DNA from: Eledone cirrhosa
Taxonomy: Eukaryota
Reading direction: 5' to 3'
NCBI GenBank assembly: GCA_964016885.1
Contig: OZ024743.1
Span: 212,846,001 to 212,910,000, forward strand
Length of the DNA stretch: 64,000 nucleotides
The notes under the pieces are model-generated. The model had not been told where the DNA came from. It saw only the letters and a program-made list of their open reading frames with translations, and ran no database searches. The position numbers and the translations under genes were made by a program. This document shows positions 1 through 13,852 of this stretch, one piece after another; position 1 is the stretch's first letter; every line of letters begins with the position of its first letter.

Positions 1-3000
1 GGGAGTTATCCCTGAAACTCTGGAGACCTCGCTTGATAGGAAGAGAGGGTGGGAGTTATCCCTGAAACTGGAGACCTGGTTTGATAGGAAGAGAGGGTGG
101 GAGTTATCCCTGAAACTCTGGAGACCTCGCTTGATAGGAAGAGAGGGTGGGAGTAATCCCTGAAACTCTGGAGACTTGGCTTGATAGGAAGAGAGAGTGG
201 GAGTTATCCCTGAAACACTGGAGACCTCGCTTGATAGGAAGAGAGGGTGGGAGTTATCCCTGAAACTGGAGACTTGGCTTGATAGGAAGAGAGGGTGGGA
301 GTTATCCCTGAAACTCTGGAGACCTCGCTTGATAGGAAGAGAGGGTGAGAGTTATCCCTGAAACTCTGGAGACTTGGCTTGATAGGAAGAGAGGATGGGA
401 GTTATCCCTGAAACTCTGGAGACCTCGCTTGATAGGAAGAGAGGGTGAGAGTTATCCCTGAAACTCTGGAGACCTCGCTTGATAGGAAGAGAGGGTGGGA
501 GTTATCCCTGAAACAGTAGAGACTTGGCTTGATAGGAAGAGAGGGTGGGAGTTATCCCTGAAACTCTGGAGACTTGGCTTGATAGGAAGAGAGGGTGGGA
601 GTTATCCCTGAAACTCTGGAGACTTGGCTTGATAGGAAGAGAGGGTGGGAGTTATCCCTGAAACTGGAGACCTGGCTTGATAGGAAGAGAGGGTGGGAAT
701 TATCCATGAAACTCTGGAGACCTGGCTTGATAGGAAGAGAGGGTGGGAGTTATCCCTGAAACAATGGAGACCTCGCTTGATAGGAAGAGAGGGTGGGAGT
801 TATCCCTGAAACACTGGAGACCTCGCTTGATAGGAAGAGAGGGTGGGAGTTATCCCTGAAACTCTGGAGACCTCGCTTGATAGGAAGAGAGGGTGGGAGT
901 TATCCTTGAAACTCTGGAGACCTCGCTTGATAGGAAGAGAGGGTGGGAGTTATCCCTGAAACACTGGAGACTTGGCTTGATAGGAAGAGAGGGTGGGAGT
1001 TATCCCTGAAACACTGGAGACCTGGCTTGATAGGAAGAGAGCGTGGGAGTTATCCCTGAAACTGGAGACCTGGCTTAATAAGAAGAGAGGGTGGGAGTTA
1101 TCCCTGAAACACTGGAGACCTGGCTTGATAGGAAGAGAGGGTGGGAGTTATCCCTGAAACTCTGGAGACCTCGCTTGATAGGAAGAGAGGGTGGGAGTTA
1201 TCCCTGAAAGTGGAGACCTGGCTTGATAGGAAGAGAGGGTGGGAGTTATCCCTGAAAGTGGAGACCTGGCTTGATAGGAAGAGAGGGTGGGAGTTATCCC
1301 TGAAACTGGAGACCTGGCTTGATAGGAAGAGAGGGTGGGAGTTATCCCTGAAACTCTGGAGACCTCGCTTGATAGGAAGAGAGGGTGGGAGTTATCCCTG
1401 AAAGTGGAGACCTGGCTTGATAGGAAGAGAGGGTGGGAGTTATCCCTGAAACTGGAGACCTGGCTTGATAGGAAGAGAGGGTGGGAGTTATCCCTGAAAG
1501 TGGAGACCTGGCTTGATAGGAAGAGAGGGTGGGAGCTATCCCTGAAACTGGAGACCTGGCTTGATAGGAAGAGAGGGTGGGAGTTATCCCTGAAAGTGGA
1601 GACCTGGCTTGATAGGAAGAGAGGGTGGGAGTCATCCCTGAAACTGGAGACCTGGCTTGATAGGAAGAGAGGGTGGGAGTTATCCCTGAAACACCGGAGA
1701 CCTGGCTTGATAGGAAGAGAGGGTGGGAGTTATCCCTGAAAGTGGAGACCTGGCTTGATAGGAAGAGAGGGTGGGAGTTATCCCTGAAAGTGGAGACCTG
1801 GCTTGATAGGAAGAGAGGGTGGGAGTTATCCCTGAAACACCGGAGACCTGGCTTGATAGGAAGAGAGGGTGGGAGTTATCCCTGAAAGTGGAGACCTGGC
1901 TTGATAGGAAGAGAGGGTGGGAGTTATCCCTGAAAGTGGAGACCTGGCTTGATAGGAAGAGAGGGTGGGAGTTATTCCTGAAACTGGAGACTTGGCTTGA
2001 TAGGAAGAGAGGGTGGGAGTTATCCCTTAAACACCGGAGACCTGGCTTGATAGGAAGAGAGGGTGGGAGTTATCCCTGAAACACTGGAGAGCTGGCTTGA
2101 TAGGAAGAGAGGGTGGCAGTTATCCCTGAAACTCTGGAGACTTGGCTTGATAGGAAGAGAGGGTGGGAGTTATCCCTGAAACTGGAGACTTGGCTTGATA
2201 GGAAGAGAGGGTGGGAGTTATCCCTGAAAGTGGAGACCTGGCTTGATAGGAAGAGAGGGTGGGAGTAATCCCTGAAACTCTGGAGACCTCGCTTGATAGG
2301 AAGAGAGGGTGGGAGTTATCCCTGAAACTCTGGAGACCTCGCTTGATAGGAAGAGAGGGTGGGAGTTATCCCTGAAACAGTGGAAACTTGGCTTGATAGG
2401 AAGAGAGGGTGGGAGTTATCCCTGAAACTGGAGACTTGGCTTTATAGGAAGAGAGGGTGGGAGTAATCCCTGAAACACTGGAGACCTGGCTTGATAGGAA
2501 GAGAGGGTGGGAGTTATCCCTGAAAGTGGAGACCTGGCTTGATAGGAAGAGAGGGTGGGAGTAATCCCTGAAACACTGGAGACCTGGCTTGATAGGAAGA
2601 GAGGGTGGGAGTTATCCCTGAAAGTGGAGACCTGGCTTGATAGGAAGAGAGGGTGGGAGTTATTCCTGAAACTCTGGAGACCTCGCTTGATAGGAAGAGA
2701 GGGTGGGAGTTATCCCTGAAACACTGGAGACCTGGCTTGATAGGAAGAGAGGGTGGGAGTTATCCCTGAAACTGGAGACTTGGTTGATAAGAAGAGAGGG
2801 TGGGAGTTATCCCTGAAACTGGAGACTTGGCTTGATAGGAAGAGAGGGTGGGAGTTATCCCTGAAAGTGGAGACCTGGCTTGATAGGAAGAGAGGGTGGG
2901 AGTTATCCCTGAAACTGGAGACTTGGCTTGATAGGAAGAGAGGGTGGTAGTTATCCCTGAAAGTGGAGACCTGGCTTGATAGGAAGAGCGGGTGGGAGTT

Positions 3001-6000
3001 ATCCCTGAAACTCTGGAGACCTCGCTTGATAGGAAGAGAGGGTGGGAGTTATCCCTGAAACTCTGGAGACCTCGCTTGATAGGAAGAGAGGGTGGGAGTT
3101 ATCCCTGAAACACTGGAGACCTGGCTTGATAGGAAGAGAGGGTGGGAGTTATTCCTGAAACTCTGGAGACCTCGCTTGATAGGAAGAGAGGGTGGGAGTT
3201 ATCCCTGAAACTCTGGAGACCTCGCTTGATAGGAAGAGAGGGTAGGAGTTATTCCTGAAACTCTGGAGTCCTCGCTTGATAGGAAGAGAGGGTGGGAGTT
3301 ATCCCTGAAACTCTGGAGACCTCGCTTGATAGGAAGAGAGGGTGGGAGTTATCCCTGAAACACTGGAGACTTGGCTTGATAGGAAGAGAGGGAGGGAGTT
3401 ATCCCTGAAACACTGGAGACTTGGCTTGATAGGAAGAGAGGGTGGGAGTTATCCCTGAAACAGTGGAGACTTGGCTTGATAGGAAGAGAGGGTGGGAGTT
3501 ATCCCTGAAACACTGGAGACTTGGCTTGATAGGAAGAGAGGGTGTGAGTTATCCCTGAAACTGGAAACCTCGCTTGATAGGAAGAGAGGGTGGGAGTTAT
3601 CCCTGAAACACTGGAGACTTGGCTTGATAGGAAGAGAGGGAGGGAGTTATTCCTGAAACACTGGAGACTTGGCTTGATAGGAAGAGAGGGTGGGAGTTAT
3701 CCCTGAAACAGTGGAGACTTGGCTTGATAGGAAGAGAGGGTGGGAGTTATCCCTGAAACACTGGAGACTTGGCTTGATAGGAAGAGAGGGTGGGAGTTAT
3801 CCCTGAAACGATGGAGACCTGGCTTGATAGGAAGAGAGGGTGGGAGTTATCCCTGAAACTGGAGACTTGGCTTGATAGGAAGAGAGGGTGGGAGTTATCC
3901 CTGAAACTGGAGACCTCGCTTGATAGGAAGAGAGGGTGGGAGTTATCCCTGAAACACTGGAGACTTGGCTTGATAGGAAGAGAGGGAGGGAGTTATCCCT
4001 GAAACACTGGAGACTTGGCTTGATAGGAAGAGAGGGTGGGAGTTATCCCTGAAACAGTGGAGACTTGGCTTGATAGGAAGAGAGGGTGGGAGTTATCCCT
4101 GAAACACTGGAGACTTGGCTTGATAGGAAGAGAGGGTGGGAGTTATCCCTGAAACTGGAGACCTCGCTTGATAGGAAGAGAGGGTGGGAGTTATCCCTGA
4201 AACACTGGAGACTTGGCTTGATAGGAAGAGAGGGAGGGAGTTATCCCTGAAACACTGGAGACTTGGCTTGATAGCAAGAGAGGGTGGGAGTTATCCCTGA
4301 AACAGTGGAGACTTGGCTTGATAGGAAGAGAGGGTGGGAGTTATCCCTGAAACACTGGAGACTTGGCTTGATAGGAAGAGAGGGTGGGAGTTATCCCTGA
4401 AACTCTGGAGACCTCGCTTGATAGGAAGAGAGGGTGGGAGTTATCCCTGAAACTCTGGAGACCTCGCTTGATAGGAAGAGAGGGTGGGAGTTATCCCTGA
4501 AACAGTGGAGACTTGGCTTGATAGGAAGAGAGGGTGGGAGTTATCCCTGAAACAGTGGAGACTTGGCTTGATAGGAAGAGAGGGTGGGAGTTATCCCTGA
4601 AACACTGGAGACTTGGCTTGATAGGAAGAGAGGGTGGGAGTTATCCCTGAAACTCTGGAGACCTCGCTTGATAGGAAGAGAGAGTGGGAGTTATCCCTGA
4701 AACTCTGGAGACCTGGCTTGATAGGAAGAGAGGGTGGGAGTTATTCCTGAAAATCTGGAGACTTGGCTTGATAGGAAGAGAGGGTGGGAGTGATCCCTGA
4801 AACTGGAGACTTGGCTTGATAGGAAGAGAGGGTGGGAGTTATTCCTGAAACTGGAGACTTGGCTTGATAGGAAGAGAGGGTGGGAGTTATCCCTGAAACT
4901 GGAGACCTGGTTTGATAAGAAGAGAGGGTGGGAGTTATCCCTGAAAATCTGGAGACCTCGCTTGATAGGAAGAGAGGGTGGGAGTTATCCCTGAAAGTGG
5001 AGACCTGGCTTGATAGGAAGAGAGGGTCGGAGTTATCCCTGAACCTGGAGACCTGGCTTGATAGGAAGAGAGGGTGGGAGTTATCCCTGAAACTCTGGAG
5101 ACCTCGCTTGATAGGAAGAGAGGGTGGGAGTTATCCCTGAAAGTGGAGACCTGGCTTGATAGGAAGAGAGGGTGGGAGTTATCCCTGAAACTGGAGACCT
5201 GGCTTGATAGGAAGAGAGGGTGGGAGTTATCCCTGAAACTGGAGACCTGGCTTGATAGGAAGAGAGGGTGGGAGTTATCCCTGAAACACTGGAGACCTGG
5301 CTTGATAGGAAGAGAGGGTGGGAGTTATCCCTGAAACTCTGGAGACCTGGCTTGATAGGAAGAGAGGGTGGGAGTTATCCCTGAAACTCTGGAGACTTGG
5401 CTTGATAGGAAGAGAGGGTGGGAGTTATCCCTGAAACACTGGAGACTTGGCTTGATAGGAAGAGAGGGTGGGAGTTATCCCTGAATGTGGAGACCTGGCT
5501 TGATAGGAAGAGAGGGTGGGAGTTATCCCTGAAACTCTGGAGACCTCGCTTGATAGGAAGAGAGGGTGGGAGTTATCCCTGAAAGTGGAGACCTGGCTTG
5601 GTAGGAAGAGAGGGTGGGAGTTATCCCTGAAACTGGAGACCTGGCTTGATAGGAAGAGAGGGTGGGAGTTATCCCTGAAAGTGGAGACCTGGCTTGATAG
5701 GAAGAGAGGGTGGGAGTTATCCCTGAAAGTGGAGACATGGCTTGATAGGAAGAGAGGGTGGGAGTTATCCCTGAAACTGGAGACCTGGCTTGATAGGAAG
5801 AGAGGGTGGGAGTTATCCCTGAAACTGGAGACCTGGTTTGATAGGAAGAGAGGGTGGGAGTTATCCCTGAAACACTGGAGACCTCGCTTGATAGGAAGAG
5901 AGGGTGGGAGTTATTCCTGAAACACTGGAGACCTCGCTTGATAGGAAGAGAGGGTGGGAGTTATCGCTGAAACTCTGGAGACCTCGCTTGATAGGAAGAG

Positions 6001-9000
6001 AGGGTGGGAGTTATCCCTGAAACTGGAGACCTGGCTTGATAGAAAGAGAGGGTGGGAGTTATCCCTGAAACTGGAGACCTGGCTTGATAGGAAGAGAGGG
6101 TGGGAGTTATCCCTGAAACACTGGAGACTTGGCTTGATAGGAAGAGAGGGTGGGAGTTATCCCTGAAACACTGGAGACCTCGCTTGATAGGAAGAGAGGG
6201 TGGGAGTTATCCCTGAAACTCTGGAGATTTGGCTTGATAGGAAGAGAGGGTGGGAGTTATCCCTGAAACACTGGAGACTTGGCTTGATAGGAAGAGAGGG
6301 TGGGAGTTATCCCTGAAACACTGGAGACCTGGCTTGATAGGAAGAGAGGGTGGGAGTTATCCCTGAAACTCTGGAGACTTGGCTTGATAGGAAGAGAGGG
6401 TGGGAGTTATCCCTGAAACTCTGGAGACCTGGTTTGATAGGAAGAGAGGGTGGGAGTTATCCCTGAAACAATGGAGACCTCGCTTGATAGGAAGAGAGGG
6501 TGGGAGTTATCCCTGAAACACTGGAGACCTCGCTTGATAGGAAGAGAGGGTGGGAGTTATCCCTGAAACAATGGAGACCTCGCTTGATAGGAAGAGAGGG
6601 TGGGAGTTATCCCTGAAAGTGGAGACCTGGCTTGATAGGAAGAGAGGGTGGGAGTTATCCCTGAATGTGGAGACCTGGCTTGATAGGAAGAGAGGGTGGG
6701 AGTTATCCCTGAAACTCTGGAGACCTCGCTTGATAGGAAGAGAGGGTGGGAGTTATCCCTGAAAGTGGAGACCTGGCTTGGTAGGAAGAGAGGGTGGGAG
6801 TTATCCCTGAAACTGGAGACCTGGCTTGATAGGAAGAGAGGGTGGGAGTTATCCCTGAAAGTGGAGACCTGGCTTGATAGGAAGAGAGGGTGGGAGTTAT
6901 CCCTGAAAGTGGAGACATGCCTTGATAGGAAGAGAGGGTGGGAGTTATCCCTGAAACTGGAGACCTGGCTTGATAGGAAGAGAGGGTGGGAGTTATCCCT
7001 GAAACTGGAGACCTGGTTTGATAGGAAGAGAGGGTGGAAGTTATCCCTGAAACACTGGAGACCTCGCTTGATAGGAAGAGAGGGTGGGAGTTATCCCTGA
7101 AACACTGGAGACCTCGCTTGATAGGAAGAGAGGGTGGGAGTTATCGCTGAAACTCTGGAGACCTCGCTTGATAGGAAGAGAGGGTGGGAGTTATCCCTGA
7201 AACTGGAGACCTGGCTTGATAGGAAGAGAGGGTGGGAGTTATCCCTGAAACTGGAGACCTGGCTTCATAGGAAGAGAGGGTGGGAGTTATCCCTGAAACA
7301 CTGGAGACTTGGCTTGATAGGAAGAGAGGGTGGGAGTTATCCCTGAAACACTGGAGACCTCGCTTGATAGGAAGAGAGGGTGGGAGTTATCTCTGAAACT
7401 CTGGAGACTTGGCTTGATAGGAAGAGAGGGTGGGAGTTATCCCTGAAACACTGGAGACTTGGCTTGATAGGAAGAGAGGGTGGGAGTTATCCCTGAAAAA
7501 CTGGAGACCTGGCTTGATAGGAAGAGAGGGTGGGAGTTATCCCTGAAACTCTGGAGACTTGGCTTGATAGGAAGAGAGGGTGGGAGTTATCCCTGAAACT
7601 CTGGAGACCTGGTTTGATAGGAAGAGAGGGTGGGAGTTATCCCTGAAACAATGGAGACCTCGCTTGATAGGAAGAGAGGGTGGGAGTTATCCCTGAAACA
7701 CTGAAGACCTCGCTTGATAGGAAGAGAGGGTGGGAGTTATCCCTGAAACAATGGAGACCTCGCTTGATAGGAAGAGAGGGTGGGAGTTATCCCTGAAAGT
7801 GGAGACCTGGCTTGATAGGAAGAGAGGGTGGGAGTTATCCCTGAAAGTGGAGACCTGGCTTGATAGGAAGAGAGGGTGGGAGTTATCCCTGAAAGTGGAG
7901 ACCTCGCTTGATAGGAAGAGAGGGTGGGAGTTATCCCTGAAAGTGGAGACCTGGCTTGATAGGAAGAGAGGGTGGGAGTTATCCCTGAAAGTGGAGACCT
8001 GGCTTGATAGGAAGAGAGGGTGGGAGTTATCCCTGAAACTGGAGACCTGGCTTGATAGGAAGAGAGGGTGGGAGTTATCCCTGAAACACTGGAGACCTCG
8101 CTTGATAGGAAGAGAGGGTGGGAGTTATCCCTGAAACTGGAGACCTGGCTTGATAGGAAGAGAGGGTGAGAGTTATCCCTGAAACACCGGAGACCTGGCT
8201 TGATAGGAAGAGAGGGTGGGAGTTATCCCTGAAACTGGAGACCTGGCTTGATAGGAAGAGAGGGTGAGAGTTATCCCTGAAACACCGGAGACCTGGCTTG
8301 ATAGGAAGAGAGGGTGAGAGTTATCCCTGAAACACTGGAGACCTGGCTTGATAGGAAGAGAGGGTGGGAGTTATCCCTGAAACTCTGGAGACCTGGTTTG
8401 ATAGGAAGAGAGGGTGGGAGTTATCCCTGAAGCTGGAGACCTGGCTTGATAGGAAGAGAGGGTGGGAGTTATCCCTGAAACACTGGAGACCTCGCTTGAT
8501 AGGAAGAGAGGGTGGGAGTTATCCCTGAAACTGGAGACCTGGCTTGATAGGAAGAGAGGGTGAGAGTTATCCCTGAAACACCGGAGACCTGGCTTGATAG
8601 GAAGAGAGGGTGGGAGTTATCCCTGAAACTGGAGACCTGGCTTGATAGGAAGAGAGGGTGAGAGTTATCCCTGAAACACCGGAGACCTGGCTTGATAGGA
8701 AGAGAGGGTGAGAGTTATCCCTGAAACACTGGAGACCTGGCTTGATAGGAAGAGAGGGTGGGAGTTATCCCTGAAACTCTGGAGACCTGGTTTGATAGGA
8801 AGAGAGGGTGGGAGTTATCCCTGAATCTCTGGAGACCTCGCTTGATAGGAAGAGAGGGTGGGAGTTATCCCTGAAGCTGGAGACCTGGCTTGATAGGAAG
8901 AGAGGGTGGGAGTTATCCCTGAAACTCTGGAGACCTGGTTTGATAGGAAGAGAGGGTGGGAGTTATCCCTGAAGCTGGAGACCTGGCTTGATAGGAAGAG

Positions 9001-9387
9001 AGAGTGGGAGTTATCCCTGAAACTCTGGAGACCTGGCTTGATAGGAAGAGAGGGTGGAAGTTATCCCTGAAGCTGGAGACCTGGCTTGATAGGAAGAGAG
9101 AGTGGCAGTTATCCCTGAAACTCTGGAGACCTGGCTTGATAGGAAGAGAGAGTGGGAGTTATCCCTGAAACTCTGGAGACCTGGCTTGATAGGAAGAGAG
9201 GGTGGGAGTTATCCCTGAAGCTGGAGACCTGGCTTGATAGGAAGAGAGAGTGGGAGTTATCCCTGAAACTCTGGAGACCTGGCTTGATAGGAAGAGAGAG
9301 TGGGAGTTATCCCTGAAACTCTGGAGACCTGGCTTGATAGGAAGAGAGGGTGGGAGTTATCCCTGAAACTCTGGAGACCTGGCTTGA
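1..9387. repeat. Tandem satellite, 48/50-bp unit (GGGAGTTATCCCTGAAA[CT/CA]CTGGAGACCTGGCTTGATAGGAAGAGAGGGT), roughly 190 copies, runs off window start
   Basis: Directly visible tandem units. The ...LKLETWLDRKRGWELS... ORFs are runs of 48-bp units read in frame, not genes. Confidence 0.98.
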
Positions 9388-9616
9388 ATATTTGCTACAG
9401 AGTCAATTCAAATCATATCCATCCGTCTTTAAAAAGGATATATTTGATAATGAGGCCTCAAGTGAACTATCTTTAGGGAAAAGTGTGATTGTCACGTCTA
9501 GAATGCATTTGATGATGGATCTACGTGGTCAAGGCCTACATAGCACTATGGAACGAAAGTCAACAACAATTACAGCTGCAGCTGCATACGTATATATGTA
9601 TGGTCCCTAATTCCTA

Positions 9617-9900
9617 ATAGAGTCGGCGTTTCTTGGGCATTTTAAGTCTGGCGGAAGCCAATAGTATCGGATCTGTGATCTCTCAATTCGGAGAAGTTGC
9701 AGCTCTACCTGGAGTAACTATCTGATCTCCGAACTACGCACTCTATCGAGTAACGTTACTTCAGAAACCCTTTGGAGGAACCCCATTTCGGCCGCTTGTA
9801 TTTGCGATCGTATTCTTTCGGTCATTACCCAAGATTCATAACCATAGATAAAGGTTGGCGCAAATACCGAATTGAAGATAGCTAGTTTATCTTTTATATC
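9617..9900 (-). mobile_element. RTE-clade LINE fragment (region C-terminal to RT)
   Basis: Translation KLAIFNSVFAPTFIYGYESWVMTERIRSQIQAAEMGFLQRV...LLDRVRSSEIR is typical of RTE ORF C-terminus; same family as the + strand copy at 38.2-39.1 kb. Boundaries approximate. Confidence 0.85.
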
Positions 9901-9994
9901 TCCCCCCTTCTTATGATTACCGAATGATAACCATATTTCCACATTTCATTGATAATAGCATTTTCACTTTCTATTTTGTGTCATTGTTTTACAG

Positions 9995-10244
9995 ATTGGA
10001 CATCAGCCGAATTCGAGAGAGACAAGGAAATCATGTGGAAACAATTCTACATATTCCTCTTGCCGAGTTAGAACTGACGGTAAAGCTAAAACATCCAGAA
10101 CCGGTATTACACAAAAGTGCCAGTGTCTCAGTTTCGGACGGCGTGGAAAATCAGCATTTTAAAGTGGAACCGAAGCATTGTTATTTGGTCGGTCATATTC
10201 TTGGCTTTAGAGGCAGTGTATCATTGTCTTATTGCGACGGACTG
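9995..10244 (+). CDS. ADAMTS-like metalloprotease, first exon visible (prodomain)
   Basis: ttttacag|...GL|gtaag; LDISRIRE...HCYLVGHILGFRGSVSLSYCDGL resembles the M12B propeptide motif C.Y.G.V......SLS.C.GL. Confidence 0.88.
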
Positions 10245-10718
10245 GTAAGATCTACTCTCTTAGTAATATTAATACCAATATACTGAGCCATCGAAGAAGC
10301 GTCTACCTGGTACAAATAACAGCTAAATTTCTTTCAAAGCACAGCCAATACCTCTTAAATAAAATAGGGTATATTGGAGATAGTAATATCTGATATACGA
10401 AAAGATAAGATGATGACGACTGGAATGCTTAATCAAGGTTGAACAGAAACTAAATAACAACAACAATTATAATTTCATTCTTTTAGCTGTCTTCCGTGTC
10501 CGATGGTGACAACTGTTACCAGTTGCATGTATTTGTTTGTACATTATATACAATATAATAGGTGAATTAGTGGAGTCGTTAGAACGTCGGATAGAATGAT
10601 TTGCACTGTTCGTTCTTCTTTCGCCGAAAAGAAGTAAGTGACATAGTCACTACATTAAAATCGATTGTGTATGGTCTTCTAAATGTTTTTAATTAAACAT
10701 ATGGTATATTGCCAAATA

Positions 10719-10796
<78 letters not shown>

Positions 10797-10820
10797 ACAT
10801 AGATATATGTATATATATAT

Positions 10821-11046
10821 ACCCCAAAAGTCAGCTCAAATGTGACACAGAGGAGACTGAGGTTAGCTGGACATGCTCCGGTGGGAAATCCTGCATGGAA
10901 ACACTGGAAGAGGAAGACCGAGGTTAACATATGTTGATGCCGTAAGGACAGGCACTGGTCTGTTGGAGACGCAGGACATGGCAGTGATAATGAGGGACAG
11001 AGACCGCTGGAGAGAACTCGTCCATGGATCTCGGGAATTTTACCCG

Positions 11047-11050
<4 letters not shown>
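10821..11050 (+). mobile_element. RTE-type LINE 3' fragment inserted in (TA)n
   Basis: RRLRLAGH...[11 protein letters not shown]...DRDRWR C-terminal motifs (split over two frames); flanked by (TA)n. Confidence 0.7.
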
Positions 11051-11142
<92 letters not shown>

Positions 11143-11215
11143 ATAGATATATATGTGTTTTGCAACGGGTCACTTTGTGGCTCAATGAAAAATTAATAAA
11201 TTAAAAAATCAGAAC

Positions 11216-11833
11216 TATATATCATAAAACATGTCTATAGAATCACCAGATAAAATATATACCGTTTCCTACTTTATATGTAATAATCTCCCGTTATGTT
11301 GAGATACAATTTGGCTGTATTTGGCTTCTCTTTCTAGCAAAAAGCCTATCAGCCGTAAGCAACTAATCACATCCTTTCTAACTTGACCGCTGCCACGTCA
11401 CGATTCTTAGCCATTTTTGAATGTATTCTTGGCGCGATCACTTTGGAAAATTAATTGTCTAAATTTGAGCTAACTCCTGAAGAATCCGAAGCTCTAGGTA
11501 TCCTATGTTATCGGATGTCTTAAAATGCGGAATAAACCATGGTAGAGGTAATTAAATGTGTACACTTTTCTTCTAGTTTATTTTACACCTAATTCTGTTT
11601 AGTTGACTGTATATCTGGTCGATTTATACATGCTGTCGAAATATTCGATAAATACTCCGTGGTAACCACCGCGAAGGGGCTGCTTTCGGTTATTTGTCGG
11701 AGATTTCTTCATAGGAGCCTTTATTCTTATAGCGTGATCTAATTGATTTTTTATATGGTTAATTATGCTAATTGGGAGAGGAAACGGTATATATTTTATC
11801 TGGTGATTCTATAGACATGTTTTATGATATATA
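11216..11833. repeat. Non-coding element with about 55-bp inverted repeats (11216-11270 / 11779-11833) between (TA)n tracts
   Basis: atcataaaacatgtctatagaatcaccagataaaatatataccgtttcct and its exact reverse complement. Confidence 0.85.
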
Positions 11834-11861
11834 TATATATATGTGTGTGTGTGTATGTATA

Positions 11862-11947
<86 letters not shown>

Positions 11948-11948
11948 A

Positions 11949-12020
<72 letters not shown>

Positions 12021-12027
<7 letters not shown>

Positions 12028-12267
12028 TAAGAGGAATTCCAACTTTGTCTGATTTACTCGTTTTTCACAGTTGAAAATTGCAAACTCGACTGTCACCACA
12101 TATCATGAACCTGAAGATTGCGAAAGCATGAAAGTACTTGTTCAATTAACACTTAGAATTTAATATTCTATCATACTATTTCATTATAATACCATATTAT
12201 ATATATTTTAAAGGATTGTAAATAAAACGAGTAAATCAGACAAAGTTGGAATTCCTCTTATTAATAT
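12021..12267. mobile_element. Short HHR-bearing element with 44-bp inverted repeats, at a (TA)n edge (PLE pLTR-like)
   Basis: IR 12021-12064 / 12224-12267; hammerhead inside. Confidence 0.7.
12106..12144 (+). ncRNA. Minimal type-I hammerhead ribozyme
   Basis: tgaac-CTGAAGA-t tgc gaaa gca t-GAAA-gtac-TT-gttca: stem I tgaac/gttca, GAAA-capped stem II, palindromic stem III GTAC, CUU cleavage triplet. Confidence 0.8.
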
Positions 12268-12316
12268 AATCTTCTATACACAATCATACACACCCGTGTA
12301 TGTTTACCTATCTATA

Positions 12317-12374
<58 letters not shown>

Positions 12375-13528
12375 TAGAGAGAGAGATGGAATACATTGCG
12401 GTAAAGGGAAGAATATAAATATGTGGTTTAAAAAGGTGTAGGAATGACTAAATGTGTGAATTTGTTTGTTGTATCCACTATCACGTTGAGAAAGGATAAA
12501 ACGAGCTTTTAATGGACAACTCAACTTGGTATATTTTATTAACCTAGATAAACTTTCTATATTGGAATAAACCAACAAACAGAGGATAGAATAAATATCA
12601 CGGGGTTGGCAATTTGTGAGTGTGTGAGTTATAACAATCTCCCCACCTCTGTGTTTGTCGGCCTGTCTCTCTCTGCGTGTCCAAGTGGTTTATTGAGAAC
12701 TTAGGAGATTTCTTACCGGATTCAATTTCTGCGTGGTACGTTTGGCAAGTATCTTCTATCATAGTCTCGTGAGTGAATATGGCTAGTGAGAAACAGCGAG
12801 GAAATCTGTGAGATGGATTGAGTCTGTGATCTTAAGGTCCATGCTTGGCATTTATCATGTCACGTTGATTGTATCTGACGATTATATAGATTAAGGTTGC
12901 AGGTGTCTGTTCAATACGCATTCAATTACATAATACTTCAATGGTAAGACTAGAATACTCACCATCGAAACCAACGAAGTGTCCATTTACATTACTTGTG
13001 TGCATGCTACTGTGAATGTATATCTCATTAAGAGACGCGTCTCAAACATGCAGCCAAAAAACTACTTTTCTATAGCCCGTGGCAGAACAATTTTCATGAC
13101 TAATACTTTCCTAAAACTTGGTAATTTCTCCCTCGCCCCCTTCCCTACTCTTGAAATTTACCCATGAAATATAAAACAAAAAAAAACAAAAAAAACAAAC
13201 AAACCAAAAACGAAGTTTATCAAAAGTGAAACGGAGAAAAGAGAAGTTTCACAAAGTAAAATCAAAATTTGTCCCCCAATATTTTGTACTAATACCCATT
13301 TCCTACTTTTGATGAAAAAAAAAAAACAATTAGCAGCTTATCAGCTGTATTGTAGATTATAACTGGTGTACATCATTCCCCCATCTCATTTTTGGCTCGC
13401 TCTGCCTCATCCCCAGGACGTAATGGCCTTTTTGAGTCCTTGAGTTTCAGACCCCTAGATTAAGAAAAGGTTGTTTTAATATTCCTGTTTATATGCTCGA
13501 TATAATTAAAAAATAATTCTCGCTTTAG

Positions 13529-13643
13529 AGAGGGTCTCTGGTCCTGGACGATATCGAATACAGCTTGGAACCAGTGGATGAAGGAACAAAACATCTTGTT
13601 GGTGAAAGTCGGAACCAAGAGAAGAAAACGTTAGTGGATGCAG
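13529..13643 (+). CDS. ADAMTS-like exon 2 (prodomain)
   Basis: tttag|RGSLVLDDIEYSLEPVDEGTKHLVGESRNQEKKTLVDA|gt; continues ...CDGL-RG...Y.LEP prodomain motif; phases 0 to 1 consistent. Confidence 0.88.
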
Positions 13644-13852
13644 GTAATTATAACAGCAACAGTAGCAGCAAAAAATAACAACAGTTCCTAGTGCTGTGTT
13701 ATGAAGAATTAAGCTTCACAGTAACGAGGCTCTGGGTTCGATCTCGCTGCGTTGTGTTGCAGCTTTATAGCTTCGGGTCGATACAAACGCAGTGAATGAA
13801 ATTAGGTGGTCGGAAATTCTGCAGAAGCCCGGAAAATAGACTGTAACTGAAT

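Noticed and set aside
1-9387. CRISPR array or repeat-protein gene
   Set aside because: No unique spacers and no cas genes; eukaryotic context; frames are broken at every 50-bp unit.
10709-12578. YIYIYI ORFs (also at 20-22, 25, 40, 53 and 62-63 kb)
   Set aside because: Translations of (TA)n microsatellites.
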